In this document: positions 46,121 to 61,100 of the stretch, one piece after another
Numbering within the stretch: position 1 is the stretch's first letter
Layout of the letters: the number at the start of each line of letters is the position of its first letter
Assembly: GCF_009914755.1 (NCBI RefSeq)
Contig: NC_060932.1
Reading direction: 5' to 3' (one strand)
DNA length: 64,000 nt
DNA from: the human T2T-CHM13v2.0 reference genome, Homo sapiens
Notes under the pieces: generated by a model
What the model was told of the DNA's origin: nothing
Database searches by the model: none
Seen by the model: the letters and a program-made list of their open reading frames with translations, nothing else
Position numbers and translations under genes: made by a program

Positions 46121-46949
46121 CCATTTTTTTTATTTATTTATTTTTTGCAACTTATCTGTGAGCCCCAAGTTAAGATTTTTCTTTTCTCTTGGCTTTCAGG
46201 TTCATTGACCAAGCCAGCATTTCCCCAACTGTTCCACGGAATGTCAACAGATGTTCCATGAAAAAAATATTTACTGGAAAAATATTTAACCCAGCATTTT
46301 CCTAATGTGTATAGAGATTATTTATACTGTGGACTTCTCATAGAATTTCATGTTAAATGTACACTGTAAATCACCAGGAGGAACATTCATCTTGTACAGT
46401 TCTAAAATTATTTTTCCGTGGAATGTTTTGTTTTCACAGGATATCTATAGATTTCTCAAGGAGCACATAGTTTTGTGCCATTTCTGTACTCTTGAATCTC
46501 ACCATTAGTTTCACCTATATATTCTGTGCTGTCACCCAAATGACCTTTCTTAAATTTAAGATCAAACGTTGACACTCTCGAAGTCACCATGCAGTGAGCC
46601 TTCATTGCTTTCATTCAAGTCACTGGCAAGGGCTCTGCTCCTGCCACTCCTGCATGGATCCACGGGCCGGGCCATGTCTTGCTGCATGCAGCCCTGCACC
46701 TGTGCTGTGCTGTCTCACTTTGAGTTCATGCACATGGCATTCCCTTCTCTTTGAAGAGCCTTTCTGCATCGCCCCCATAGTAGGCCAAAACAGCCCTTGC
46801 TTGTTTGAGATTTGACTTAGACATTACATTTTCCGTGGAGCCGATCTTGAACACCTCCTGCAGGCCAGGTGCCCACCTTCACAGTTCACACAGCCAGTCA
46901 TGGTGCGTGTGTATGGTCACTCCTTTACTTTACACCAGCAGCTCCTTGA

Positions 46950-47363
<414 letters not shown>

Positions 47364-48168
47364 TGTGTTAATTGTTAATATGTTTTATGTTGGCCCTAAA
47401 TTCTGGTTCTCTTCAACATTGTCACATTGAATATATTTCATTCCTTTCGCCCATAACAGTCTGTCTTTCTAGTATTTCAGTACAGCATTTCCCCAAGGTC
47501 TTTTCCATATGAAACTTTTTTAAAAACATAAAACATTATTTCTTGGTTGCTGATACGTTACTCAGAATTGAATGTAATACCCCATTCCGGATATTATTAA
47601 GCGACTTTTAATTTTTATGGAAACCTACATTTTCAGTCAATTAATGTCAGACCTTTGTCTTCCATCTTCTGCTTGTGCTTGTTAAAATCCATTTTGTTTG
47701 ACTGAATCTTGATTAAGTCATCTGTTGTTTGAATCTGCAGGTTCAGCTAGCTTTGTGTTTTCTTCATATTTTACATACACACCTCCTGTTTCTTCATCCG
47801 GACCTGGGAGCATAAAGCAGTCTCCCATAGCTTGCAGTATGTAATTCACACTAGGTTAATCCTGAGTCATCACAACTGTGCGTCTTACAGATATCTCATG
47901 ACATTATATCTGTGCAGTTCTAAAGCATCTTATATATTTTTTCATTTATCCAGCCCTAGTTTTGGCAAGTGCCTTGTGGAAATGTAGAAAGCTACCATAC
48001 AATTTATAAACTGAATCCTGCTTTGTAGTTTATTTGACTTTGTGGAAGTTACCTGACTTCCTACCCTCGATTTAGATGCTTACAACTTTAAATGAAATAT
48101 AAAAGTTATCTATGCAATAAAGCACTGTATGAACAATAATTAGAGATATTATAGAAGTTGAAGGGTCA

Positions 48169-48468
48169 GACTGGGCATTGTGGCTCACACTTGTAATCCC
48201 AGCACTTTGGGAGGCCAAGGCAGGAGGATCTCTTGAGCTCAGGAATTTGTGACAAGCCTGGGCAACGTGGTGAGATCCCATCTCCACCAAAAATACAAAA
48301 TAAAAAGCCAGTCGTGGTGGTATGTACCTGTGGTCCCAGCTACTTGGGAGGCTGAGATGGGAGTCTTGCTTGAGCCCAGGGGCAGAAGTTGCAGTGAGCT
48401 GAGATTGTGCCACTGCACTCCAGCCTGGATGACAAAGTGAGACCCTGTCTCAAAAATAAATAAAAATA
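48169..48468 (+). mobile_element. Alu (AluJ)
   Basis: Dimer; TSD AGTT(G/A)AAGGGTCA. Confidence 0.93.
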
Positions 48469-48541
48469 ACTAGTTAAAGGGTCAAAATTTTACATGGTGC
48501 TACATCTTTCTCAATTGCAATGTTTTAATGCATTTTCTCAG

Positions 48542-48713
48542 GTTTTAAAAAGTTGCAGAAAGAAGAAAGGAAAGGGAAAGAAAAGTGTTCAGAAATCTTT
48601 ATATGGGGAAAGAGACATTGCTTCTAAGAAGCCCCTCCTCAGTCCTATTCCCGAGCTGCCTGAAGTCCCTGAGATGACACCTTCCATTCCGAGCATCCGA
48701 AGACTGGGTTCAG
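48542..48713 (+). CDS. CDCA2: CDCA2 exon 14 (basic stretch and PP2A-B56 LSPIPE motif)
   Basis: ctcag|GTTTTA...TCAG|GTATCC; 172 nt; LSPIPE = aa 590-595 at 48638-48655. Confidence 0.94.
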
Positions 48714-49080
48714 GTATCCTGACATTTTCCTGGTAGTTATATTTTATCTTTTCTCTTCACCCTCTTTGTTGCTATTTTACTTTTTTCACTTTTTTCCCAT
48801 TCACTATGTAAAGAGTACGTAAATTTTAAAAAGCAATGTTTCCTCACATTACCATGAGGATTTCAAATGGAGGAAACAGTCACGTGTAACTTGTAGGTGA
48901 CTTAGATCCTTTTCAGAATCTGATGGAAACTGGATCCTTTCCCCAGGAAAACCGAGACACAAGATTTTGCATATAATATCAGTAATAATTTCTGTGCATC
49001 CTGTTTCCTTTTGTTTTTTAAAGCATTTTGTGAAAATAAATTCCATTTGGTGGTGTAGTCCATCGTTGAAAGTGAACGAG

Positions 49081-49213
49081 AGCTGGGGCACCTGCCTGTG
49101 ATCCCAACCATTTGGGAGCCTAAGGCGGAAGGATTGCTTGAGTTCAGGAGTTTGAGGCCAGCCTGGGCAACATAGCAAGACCCCATCTCTTAAAAAAAAA
49201 AGGAACAAAAAAA
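49081..49213 (+). mobile_element. Alu left monomer (FLAM-like)
   Basis: Monomer with A tail. Confidence 0.85.
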
Positions 49214-49456
49214 GTCAATGAGGTGATGATTCAGTAATATGTATACCTTATATGAGTTAAGGACAATGATGTTTTGTTAGAGTTGGCACTACTGTTTTCT
49301 AAAAATAATACATATAAATTGAGCTTGATTACCTTGAAAGTTATTTTATTATCAAGTCAGTTGATATATGGGGTAGATAAAAAATGGACTGGAATTGTTT
49401 CTGGTTTCTAATGCCCAAATTTTAAATGGACTGAATCTTGCTGAAAATAATAATGA

Positions 49457-49598
49457 TTTTTTTTTTTTTTTTTAATTTTTAGTAGAGATGGGTGTCCCTG
49501 AGTTGCCCAGGCTGGTCTCAAACTCTTGGGCTCAAACAATCTTCCTGCCTCAGCCTCCCAAACTACTGATATTACAGGCAAGAGCCACGCTGTCTTGC
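49457..49598 (-). mobile_element. Alu left monomer (FLAM-like)
   Basis: Antisense monomer. Confidence 0.85.
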
Positions 49599-50335
49599 CT
49601 GAAAATGATAATGTGTGTCCATTTGGTGTGTTGATTTGTATAGAATCATTTTTCAAATGGCTACCTTTGTCAATCATCAGATATTTATAGCCTACCTCCT
49701 ATTTGCGGTATACCATACAAGATTAATAATAGACTTGAGGATGAATGAGGTACATGCCACCATTGACTCCTGGCTTCTGCGTCCTGCTTAACATTAGGAT
49801 AGCACAGGAGTTTAAATAAACAGCCACCCCTCTGTCGCATACGCCCTGGCTCACACTCTTCTCCTGCCATGCTTTCTCACAGGCTGTGTTGTGACAGGGC
49901 ATCCACCACTCTACCTTTAATCTGACCTAATGTTGCTTATCTTCCAAGATTTTGCTGTATTGTCTGCTTTTCCAGGAATACTCTGCAACATACTTCCATC
50001 ACCTAGTTTTATGATGATCTATTTTCTATGTTCCCCTGCTCCCTAAAACTTCAGTCTCCTTGAGAGTGGAAACTAAGTCTTATTTTCATTACATCTCTAG
50101 TTCTTAACAGTTTTTCAAAAGATGATTAAACAGTGACTGTAGTAAAATTTTCCATGTTGTATCGTATTAGAGAATTTATTTTTTAAAATACCTAAAGCAT
50201 TTTTTGTCTGTAACCAGTGGTATCACCTGCTACATGGGTTTAAAGCAATTCAGCTCCTTGCTTCCTTTATCTTCTCTATCTCTTTCTCTTTTTCCTTTCC
50301 TCTCTCCCTATATCTTCTTTACCTTCCTTCTCTAG

Positions 50336-50669
<334 letters not shown>

Positions 50670-51678
50670 ATAAATATCAATTTTTAAAGCTGTCTAAAGA
50701 GCCCAACTAACATTGGTTGGCACTGAGTGGGCACTGACCTGTTTAATCTCTAGCTTTAAGTGACATGATTTTAAGTACCTTAATCATGGATATATTTTTA
50801 AATGGAAACATTGTTTTTTTAGACTTTTGGCTCAACTTATGTTTTATACTTTTTTTAGTTTTTATTTTATTTAAAACACTTTATTCATTTGACTGGCCAC
50901 TTAAAAATATCATCTGAGGTATCAAAAAAGATTGCATCTAATAGTTAGTTCTAAGATTTAGAACTCATAAAGCCTGAACTCATGTGGGCTGTGTTACTTA
51001 CCAATCTGATGATGGTTTTTCCACCTCTGATGTGCCAGAAATACATGAAAGCCTACCCACACGTGTCTTCCTGGAGGATATTTAGTCAAAGGCTGAGGAA
51101 TTAAGGGTCGATTTTTATAATATTGAAACAAACCTGGTTCTGTTTCGGAGTACAGTGCACTTTATAGTAATTTTTAACAAAGGGCATGAGACCTGAGTGT
51201 CTTCAGGCATGCTGTTTTAGCTCATAAGTCCTCAAATACCCCAGAATTCCAAATTTTCCCTCCCCTGTTTCGGAGGATACATTGGTAGAAAGTTTCAGAA
51301 GCATAATGTTGCCCATTTGCAGTCATTCATTTTCAGGGAAATGGGAAATGTCACTGCCTCATACTCATGGACCTTGTAGCACGGGAAGGGTGTTAGAATG
51401 GAGGAAGCTGTTTCAGATGCTGTTCTCATTTTCATGGTTTGAGGTTATATGCTTTATTAATTCATGCGTTGAATACCTATTTTCTTAACCTGTGGATCGT
51501 TGGAGAACTAAAAGAGGAGGAGGAGGATGACAGAAGGGCAAGCACAGTGTAACATTTGTGGGTCTTGTGAATGCTTAAAACACAAAAACAAAACAGGTCA
51601 CCTGATTATTTAATAAATGTAAAGTTCATTCCCATTGTTACTTTTTAATTAGATTTAAACCTATTTACATGCCCATAG

Positions 51679-52907
51679 GTTATTTCAGTTCAAATGGCAA
51701 ACTGGAAGAAGTGAAGACTCCTAAAAATCCAGTGAAAAGAAAGGATCTTTTGCGTCATGACCCAGATTTGCATATGCATCAAGGCTATGATAAATATGAT
51801 GTCTCTGAATTCTGCTCTTATATAAAAAGTTCCTCATCGCTTGGCAATGCTACTTCTGATGAAGATCCAAATACAAATATAATGAACATTAATGAAAATA
51901 AAAATATTCCAAAAGCAAAAAATAAGTCAGAAAGTGAAAATGAACCAAAAGCTGGAACTGACAGTCCTGTTTCTTGTGCTTCTGTAACTGAAGAACGTGT
52001 GGCATCAGATAGTCCCAAACCTGCTCTGACCCTGCAGCAGGGTCAAGAATTTTCTGCTGGTGGTCAAAATGCAGAAAACCTTTGTCAGTTCTTTAAAATT
52101 TCACCAGATTTAAACATAAAGTGTGAAAGAAAGGATGACTTCTTAGGAGCTGCAGAAGGAAAACTGCAATGCAATCGTTTAATGCCTAATTCACAAAAAG
52201 ACTGTCATTGTTTAGGAGATGTCTTAATTGAAAATACGAAAGAATCTAAAAGCCAGAGTGAGGATTTGGGAAGAAAACCCATGGAAAGTAGCAGTGTTGT
52301 GAGTTGCAGAGACAGGAAAGATAGAAGACGTTCCATGTGTTATTCTGATGGTCGAAGTTTACATTTGGAAAAAAATGGAAATCACACACCATCCTCCAGT
52401 GTGGGCAGCTCTGTAGAAATTAGTTTAGAAAATTCTGAACTGTTTAAAGATTTGTCTGATGCCATTGAGCAAACCTTTCAGAGGAGAAATAGTGAAACCA
52501 AAGTGCGACGTAGCACGAGGCTACAGAAGGATTTAGAAAACGAAGGTCTTGTATGGATTTCACTTCCACTTCCTTCCACTTCCCAAAAAGCCAAAAGAAG
52601 AACAATATGTACATTTGACAGCAGTGGATTTGAAAGTATGTCTCCCATAAAAGAAACTGTGTCCTCCAGACAAAAACCGCAGATGGCACCTCCCGTCTCA
52701 GATCCAGAAAACAGCCAGGGCCCTGCTGCTGGTTCTTCCGATGAACCTGGTAAGAGGAGGAAGAGCTTTTGTATATCTACACTTGCAAATACTAAAGCCA
52801 CTTCCCAGTTCAAAGGCTACCGGAGAAGATCCTCTCTTAATGGGAAGGGAGAGAGCTCTCTGACTGCCTTGGAAAGGATTGAACATAATGGAGAAAGAAA
52901 GCAGTAA
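51679..52907 (+). CDS. CDCA2: CDCA2 terminal exon 15, coding part (C-terminal chromatin/histone-binding region)
   Basis: catag|GTTATT...CAG TAA; 1229 nt. All coding exons sum to 3072 nt = 1023 aa plus stop, with consistent phases. Confidence 0.97.
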
Positions 52908-53014
52908 TTGACATTTCCTGCAGAGTCTGTAGCAAGAGGGAAAGTAACCATCTATGCTGAAATGATCTGTCTAGTTCCCATTCTCTGTTCAACCTCAGTG
53001 TTTCAAAAGTTCCT

Positions 53015-53061
53015 AATAAATAAACTCATTTGAGTTGAACCTACTTTTATGTAGAAATAAA
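53015..53061 (+). terminator. CDCA2: CDCA2 polyadenylation signals
   Basis: Overlapping AATAAATAAA at 53015-53024 and AATAAA at 53056-53061, about 110-150 nt after the stop codon. Confidence 0.8.
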
Positions 53062-56014
53062 TAAGTTTCTTCATCATTCAGATAGAAAACATTCTATTAA
53101 ATATATTCTTCTTCCGCCAGAGAGTAAATGCTTTATTACTACTTTGCTAAAAAGGTTATTTTTAGGCACAAGAAGACATCTCTCAATTTTTAGACTTTTT
53201 TTTAGCATATATATTTTTAAGTACATATTTACCACTGAAGTCTTAGACTCTGTTGTTAGAAGCATCTTTTAGAATTGGCTGATTTTATCTGGATAAGAGG
53301 TTTGTTTTTTTGTTTGTTTGTTTTTCTTTTTTTTCCCCACAAAAGATAAATTGATAGAATTAATGGAACTTTATGAAAATTGAAGGAAATATAAACTTGA
53401 AGACTTAAAGCGGGTAAGATATGTATTTTTCTTTAGAAAAAAAAACCTGGCTATAAATTTTAACTAACAAAAGTTGAAATTATAAAACTTGTTTTCCTTT
53501 TGGTTAAATTTAAGAGAAGACTTGATGACTTGTTTTATCTGTCTCAAATGAGATTTTTATTTTAATAGTTTAAATCCTAAACAAGAAATTTCAGAAAATT
53601 ATTTCAGTAACCACAATCTTATAAATTCATCATTATAAATGAATATATAATTTAGAAATAACTCTGATGTGAAACTATTCATTCCTTTAAACAAGATTCC
53701 TTTATATTTTGTTGTGTGTTGGGGGGAGGAATTTTTTATTTTTTATTTTTTATTTTTGGTGAAAATATAGCTCAGTTAAAGACTGGGCTCTCAGATTATT
53801 CTAATTAGTCACAGGCAGTTTGGGACTTAATTCATGGTTTTCCATTAAAAGTTTTGAAAACCAAAAACTCACTGATAAAATTAGTTTACTAACCTGAAGT
53901 GTGGCAGTAGGTCACTGATTTTTTAACACTGAGTTTTCCAGCGGTTCTTTTTTTTTTTTTTTTTTTTTTTAATAATATCTGGCACTTGACTTGGTTTCTC
54001 TAGCTTTTGCAACATCTCCTATGGCTGTTTTGGTGATAGCAGTTTGAAAAACTAAATTGCTATATATCTGGAATTTATGAATGCACATAAATCATTATAT
54101 CATTAAACAATTGTCTTTGAAATCCTTTAAATCATTAAACTCCCCCTCTCCATGATAGCAGAAACATGTTAACAAATAGAGCTCTCTATAAATAACACAG
54201 CAGGGAAGAAAGCTCCCGCTGGGCACCCATTTCCCCCTTCTTACATAGAGACTATTTGTTACCTTCTTGGCACCGGCAGGTCTGGAACTCCTGCTGCTAA
54301 AGACTAATGTATTTTACATTAACACTCAAAGTGATCCCCAATTTCTTCTGCTCAAGGGTGGATTGTTTTTAAAATTCTTTTATCTTTACATGTAAATTAT
54401 TTATAGACTTTTTTTTTTCCATTTCTAGTTTGGTGTGGTTGGCAAATCTCTACCACTAAAAACAAGCTCACCACTCCCCCCACCCCAAAAAAATGAATGA
54501 ATTAGCTTCTCTGAAGCTTTTTCGTTTTGCTGATTTTAAGAGAAAACTTTCAGAAACCTAATAAAATTGTTTTGCATTTCTACCTTGTCTAATATGAAGA
54601 CTAACAACTAACTATTGATTGTTATTTCACTCCCTGTTTTCTATGATGATATATGATCACAATTGTATTTCAATTTTTAAAATTACACATGCTTTGTTTT
54701 ATTTCTCAAAAAGTGCTAATGAGAATGAGGGAAACATTTCCAATCTGTGATTTGGGCATGGTTTTTCAAATGTGAAATGTTCTCTTTTTCTAGCAGCAGT
54801 TAAAAATGTAAACACACCGTTAGTTTCAAAATGTTTCATTATAAACATTTTGTTGACATTTGTCAATAACAAATAGGCATTTTTCCTAAAAAAAAAAAAA
54901 AATCTGAAAAATCAAAGCAAGTTAGATGCAGTTTTATCTACCAGGTCTCATTTGTACAAGATGTGTAAAACATTAATAATTTCTGTATTTGGTCATTCTT
55001 GTTTTTTGTTTTGTTTTGTTTTTTGTTGTTGTTGTTTTCCCATTTGTTTTCATTCATGGTTAAATCAAAAGCTTGGCTTCAAAATGGTTTTTTTTCCTGC
55101 CATGTTTTTTCGTTGCAGTAACTAACCCTTGTTCTTCCATCATGTTTCTGTTCCTGTAGATTCTTGTTTGTTCCAGAAGATGGCAGCACAACCTCTGAAG
55201 TTTTTCCTTCTCTGTGCATAACCTAATGGCTGTTGCCTGTGTGGCCCTCTATTTTTACTCATTTTTCTTACATAAGTAGTATGTATCAATTGAAAAACAC
55301 AGAACTGTACGGAATTTAAAAGTGGAAATATGGCATCTATCTTCCTTGCATTCCACGCAGGTGTCATCCAGCCACACCCTCCTCTCTGCAGCTCTCTCTG
55401 CAAGCACTTAACACCTGGCATGCACCTTCCAGACCTTTCTTGTATAAACATGCATGCATCGTTTTGTTGTTTTCTAACAGGATCACTATATGTGCCATTC
55501 TACCACTTGGTTTTTTTAATTCAACAAAATGCCATGAGTATCCTTTAGTCTTTTTATGGACAGCCCTAGTGCTGCTACTTCAGTCTTTTTTAACCCCTTC
55601 ATATACCTTGAACATCTGTAATGAAGGTGGTCATCTCCTTACTAATGGATGAATGTCAGTTATCTCCAGCTTTTGCAATTATAGCAGTAAATGTAGCAAA
55701 TACAAAGCCATATTGGGCTTGTTGAAAATATCTGTAAGATAAATTCCTTGAAATTAAAATGATTACGTTCTCTTCTGTGGATCTTAGCTGGCACATTCCC
55801 CTTACACACATTTTGGCATCCTTGCCTTCTTTCTGCCTCTCATTTTCTGTTCCTACTACTTAATGCCATTTTGCTTCCATCTTCTGTCACTACTGCCTCT
55901 ACTTCCACTTAAGCTGCAGAATTGAGGGTGGGCCTTAGACCTGGTATGTGGAGGAGAGAATGATTAATTATACCTGGTTCATGCTTTAGATTGAAAGAGC
56001 TACCTTTCAAAGTC

Positions 56015-57370
56015 AAGTTTATTGAGGTATAATTAACCTACGGTGAAGTTCGCGTTTTTAAAGCATCCAGAATTTTGGCAAATTTATACAGCCATGTAAC
56101 CAGTGCCACAATCAAGTAATAGGACATTTCTGTCACCCCAAAATTCCTCCCACCTCTTTGTAGTCAATTTTCTACCTGCCAACCCCGGGTCTTCACAACT
56201 GCTCATCTGATTTCTAGTGTTACAGTTCTGTCTTCTCCAGAATGTCATACAAATGAGATCATATAATATATACCCCTTTGTGTCTTTAGCTTAGCGTAAT
56301 GCTTTTGAGATTCACCCATGCTTGCATGCTGTAAGTAGTTGATACTTGTTTATTGCTGATACTTGTTTATTCCATTTTATAGATGTACCAAAACTTGTTT
56401 ATCAGTTTACCACTTGATGGATATTTCGATTATTTCTGGTTTGGGGCTAATGTGAATAAAGCTGCTGTAACAATTCACATATGGATCATTTTTTATAGTC
56501 ACATGTTTTCATTTATCTTGCATAAATATCTAGTGGTAGGGTTCCTGGGCTGTATGGTGGTAGTATTAATATATGTTTACCTTTTTAGGAAACTGCTAAA
56601 CTTTTCCATAGTGGCTGCATGATTTTGCATTTCCACTGGCAACACGTTTTGTTTGTTCCACATCTTCACCAGCCTCTGGTATTGTTAGCCTTTTTTCATT
56701 GTAGCCATTCTAGGATGTGTGCAGTAGTTTCTCATGGGTTTTGATTTATTTCTCTAATGACTAATGATATTGAACATCTTTCCTATGCTTATTTGCCATC
56801 TTTATATCTTCCTTGTTGTGATGTCTATCCAAATTTCTTGCCCACGTTTGTTGTTGCTGTTATTGTCTTACTGTTATTGAGTTAAAAGAATCTGTACATT
56901 TGGATACACATCCTTTATTGGATATGTCTCTTAAAATATTTTTTCCCATTCTGTGGCTTGTCTTTTTATTTGCTTAGCAGTGTCTTTTGAAGAACAGATT
57001 TTCATTTTGATGAAGTCCAGTTTACCTTGTTTTTACTTTAATGGTTCATGCTTTTTGTGTCCTAGCTAAGAAATCTTTGTCTAACTCAAAGGCACAAAGA
57101 TTTTCTCCTGTGTATTCTTCCAGTTCTATAGTTTTAGCTCTCACTTAAGTGTTAGATCCACATTAATTTTCTTGTGTGAGATGAAGGTGGGTTATTTATT
57201 TTTAATGGAAATCATTCAACACCATTTGTTGAAAAGATTAACCATTTCTCATTGAATTACATTGGCACCTCTGTTAAAATTATTTGACCTTATATGTGTA
57301 GATCTATTTCTGGACATTATTCTGTTCATCTGTATGTCTATTCTTCTACCAATATACCACTGTGACTATA
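56015..57370 (-). mobile_element. Old L1 (L1ME/MD-like) 3' region
   Basis: TTTATTGAGGTATAATT...TTTCTCTAATGACTAATGATATTGAACATCTTT...CACCATTTGTTGAAAAGA. Confidence 0.82.
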
Positions 57371-57780
57371 TAAGAAAGTTTTGGATTTTTTAAAATCATA
57401 GTTTAGGGGTTTTTTTGGAGGGTAGAGAGGAGGCCAGAAGAAGCAAAAGGTTGACCAGCCACATCTGTCTGGGGCCTTCAGTTATTCCCAGACTTGTAGT
57501 ACCATTTGGGTGCAAGAAGTGAAGCCAGCAATGACAGGCTATCAGAGACACAACAAGGAAACCAACTTCTCTGGGTGCCTCTGCGTTCAGCCTAGTCCTC
57601 TGGAAACTAGTTTACTATGGTTTATGATTTAAAATTTGACCCTAAGTTACTAAAAGATTCAGTCATCAAGAAGTAATTCTCTCTCTGGACACTACTCTGT
57701 ATAGCAGTAAGAAAATAAGGTGAATTAAAATAAGATTCAAAATTCAATTTGCTAAAAAATTACCTAATAAGCATGACTCA

Positions 57781-58121
<341 letters not shown>

Positions 58122-61100
58122 TGTCACTGTCCTTACTCAGTAACCTTAGCATTTGAGGATTGTTTCCTAATGTAGGAAAATTTTCCTGCACCAGCTCATT
58201 CTAGGTAGGCAGATTATGGACTCATTAATAAAATAATTTGCCAGCCATTTATTCAACAACTACTATGTGCCAGGCATTAATTTCTAAATAAAATTGCTTT
58301 CAAGATGCTCAGTTTTCTTTCTGTAAGGGGACAAAATTACAATACAGGGTATGATAAAAAAGAGATACCCCAACCTGTCAGCCCTCCAGGGGGTATCAAC
58401 CTTCAGATCACGCAAGTTTAGTTTCTTTCCAGAATAAGTGATGCTTGAGCCAAATTCACTAATAGGAGTTTTAGAGGAATGGGGACCCAAAAGGCACATC
58501 CCATTCCAAATCTCCTTTGATTATTATTCAATAATTTCATTATTCATTAAACTGAGACTAGGTGATACAGGCTGGCTTCATCTCATGTTTTTCTTTTAAG
58601 TATTTTTTAACTTTCATTAAATTCTAACCTATAAATACATCTGGAAAAGCATGGATTTGAAACTAGACTACAAGTTGTGAATTGTACCTAAAATTTTAAA
58701 GAAACCTGCTCTGTTCTCAATTGCTTAGGCATTTCTGTCCCATACTATTGGGTGTCTTTGTAGTGTGTCTAAAGGGTTTCACTGTGGGTTTGGAGTCCTA
58801 GACCAAGTGAGTGGAATTGGGATTAAATTACAGCAAATAATTGTACATCCCCCTTTTGGGGTGTCTTAAATTTATTTGAAGATTATTGCATAGCCTTGAT
58901 TTAGCTCTAGAATGGGTTAATTACTAACATACTATGGCCTAATAGTTTCAAGTTTGTCTAATATTGTGCAGGTGTGTTCATTTTTGCATATTCTTTGATG
59001 CTTTTCTGTTTATGAAATTGTGTTACAGACTGCGAGTAACATAGCTTAAATGAGAAGATAAGTAATTACTGCCTTTCAACTGATACATATTTCTGTTCCA
59101 CATCTTCAACCAAGATCATACTTAGCCTGATTTTGATATGACCTTAAAGATTTATTAGAAAGGTTTTTAGAAATTTCTAGGCAATTGAGAAGCAAATATT
59201 TTCTGAAACTGCTTTTAATTTTTTGATACTTTGTAAGCGTTATATCTCTTACATGAAAAGAGAAAATAAATAAGCATTTACATTAAAGAAGAATACAGGT
59301 TTGCATTTTCTAAAGGGTAAGTTGGGATTTCATCACAAAATTTCCGGTGACCACCTGGAAAGCTGACTAAGTCTTTTTCTCATTTATCCTAGGCATACAA
59401 ATTGACTATCTTGATTTATGTTCTGTGATAATAAGTTGCCTTCAGGGATGCAAACAGCTAACATTTTGGTTTTAGATGTAATTGAAGAAATGTCAAATTA
59501 TCTTAAGTTTTTGAAGTTCCAAATTCTTAAGTGTATGTGTGTGAATTTTTAAGCTTGGAATTTAAAAGTACATATATTTGCCATATCTAATAATTTATTC
59601 TCATGGTTTATTCACTGTCTTAAAGTTTGCTTTAAAAATTCTTCCACTTTGATAATATTTTATAATGTCAAATACAGTGATCTGATACTGGCATTTCTTT
59701 TGCTTTTGAAAAACAAACTGCATTCCCCGTGTTCTCATATCCCAGGTCCTTGTTGAAACAAGGAAGTAAATGTCAATAATTTCTTCTTTTTTCACATCAC
59801 ATAACTGCTAAGTAGCAGGTGCTTGCAAAAATAGGTTCATCCCTATGTCTGATTCAAACATGGGAATAATTTTTCAGTATAAAATGGGGGTCAAACGTTG
59901 AAACGTTATAGAGAAGATGAGTAAAATGGGATTTTTTCAGTTCAAGTACATTTAGTTTGGATGCCAATCACTCGAAAGTAAAATGTAAGATTTTCTGCCT
60001 AACGTTTGTACAAAATACAGTATGTCCATTTTCTAATTGTTCACAACAGAGGAATAATCAATAAAGCAGCCAGTCTTGTCTTTTCTTTTTTAAGTAAACG
60101 CTGGGAATGAAGATTGCAGAAGTATTCCCTGACTCAAACCTGAAAAACCTGGTGTTAGTCTTGGGTGATTTCCAGTGACCCTCTGCCTCCCTTCTTCCTG
60201 CCCCCTGTGTAGATTTGGAACCGGGCAGCCATTTTTGTTTTTGGAAGGGAAAGGAGACAGATATAATGAATGGCTTTTATTGTGCAATATTTCAGACTCT
60301 CTTGAATGCATTCGAAGGGATGGAAACTGTTCTGCCCTATGTCATAGCCAAAACAAACAAAACATATTCCCTAAACCTGGATATGTGTTTCTCTCAAACT
60401 GGCTGTAGTTAAGAGTTCAGCTCTCAAGCAAGAATTCGGTTTGACAATTTTTAGCCCTTGTTCAACTGAGTATTCGGATAGGTCACAGCCAAAGCAAATA
60501 CTATGGGGAAAAATTAATGCACATATTTACAGCTTGCAGGTGGCATTCTTTCTAAAAAGTTGGAGATTTGTCTTAAGAAATTGCATTTGTGGTAATACTT
60601 TTAAATAGACTACTTTTTGCAAATATTTTTTAAATGAACTCTGATAATAGTAACTCCAAATGTAAATAAATTCTACAGAGGTCCCCAAAGAGTGATAAAT
60701 GCTTGAATTTAAGTATTTAAACATTTAGAGACCACTAAGAATCTGAGAATTCTAGAAATATCAGACCCAGCGAATATGCACCAAAACCCCCTTGACAGTA
60801 GCCTTCTACCGTCCCTAAGGCCTCCACTGTAGGAAGCATCAATGGCTCCTTTCTGATGCAACCCCCAGCATTGTTTACTGACTCCAACCCCCCTCACTTA
60901 GGCTGTTAAGTGTTCCCTGCTTTGGATCTGCGGGGAGAACATATTCTACACCATCAAGATGATTCATTTTGTAATGTGCCATTGTGCTTCATGACCCTGA
61001 CAAAATATATTTATTATTGGTCACAATAATAACTTTGAATTTATGGTTGCCTATAACCAGCTGGCTCTCGGTTTGTGTCTTAACCAAGAAATACGGGAAA

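Noticed and set aside
51669-52907. 412-aa ORF as a standalone gene
   Set aside because: It is CDCA2 exon 15; the ATG at 51669 is intronic, 10 nt before the exon start at 51679.
53948-54902. Long T-run (~53948) and A-run (~54888) suggesting a retrocopy or an extended 3' end
   Set aside because: No TSD and no properly placed poly(A) signal next to the runs. The A-run is more likely a source of internal-priming artefacts.
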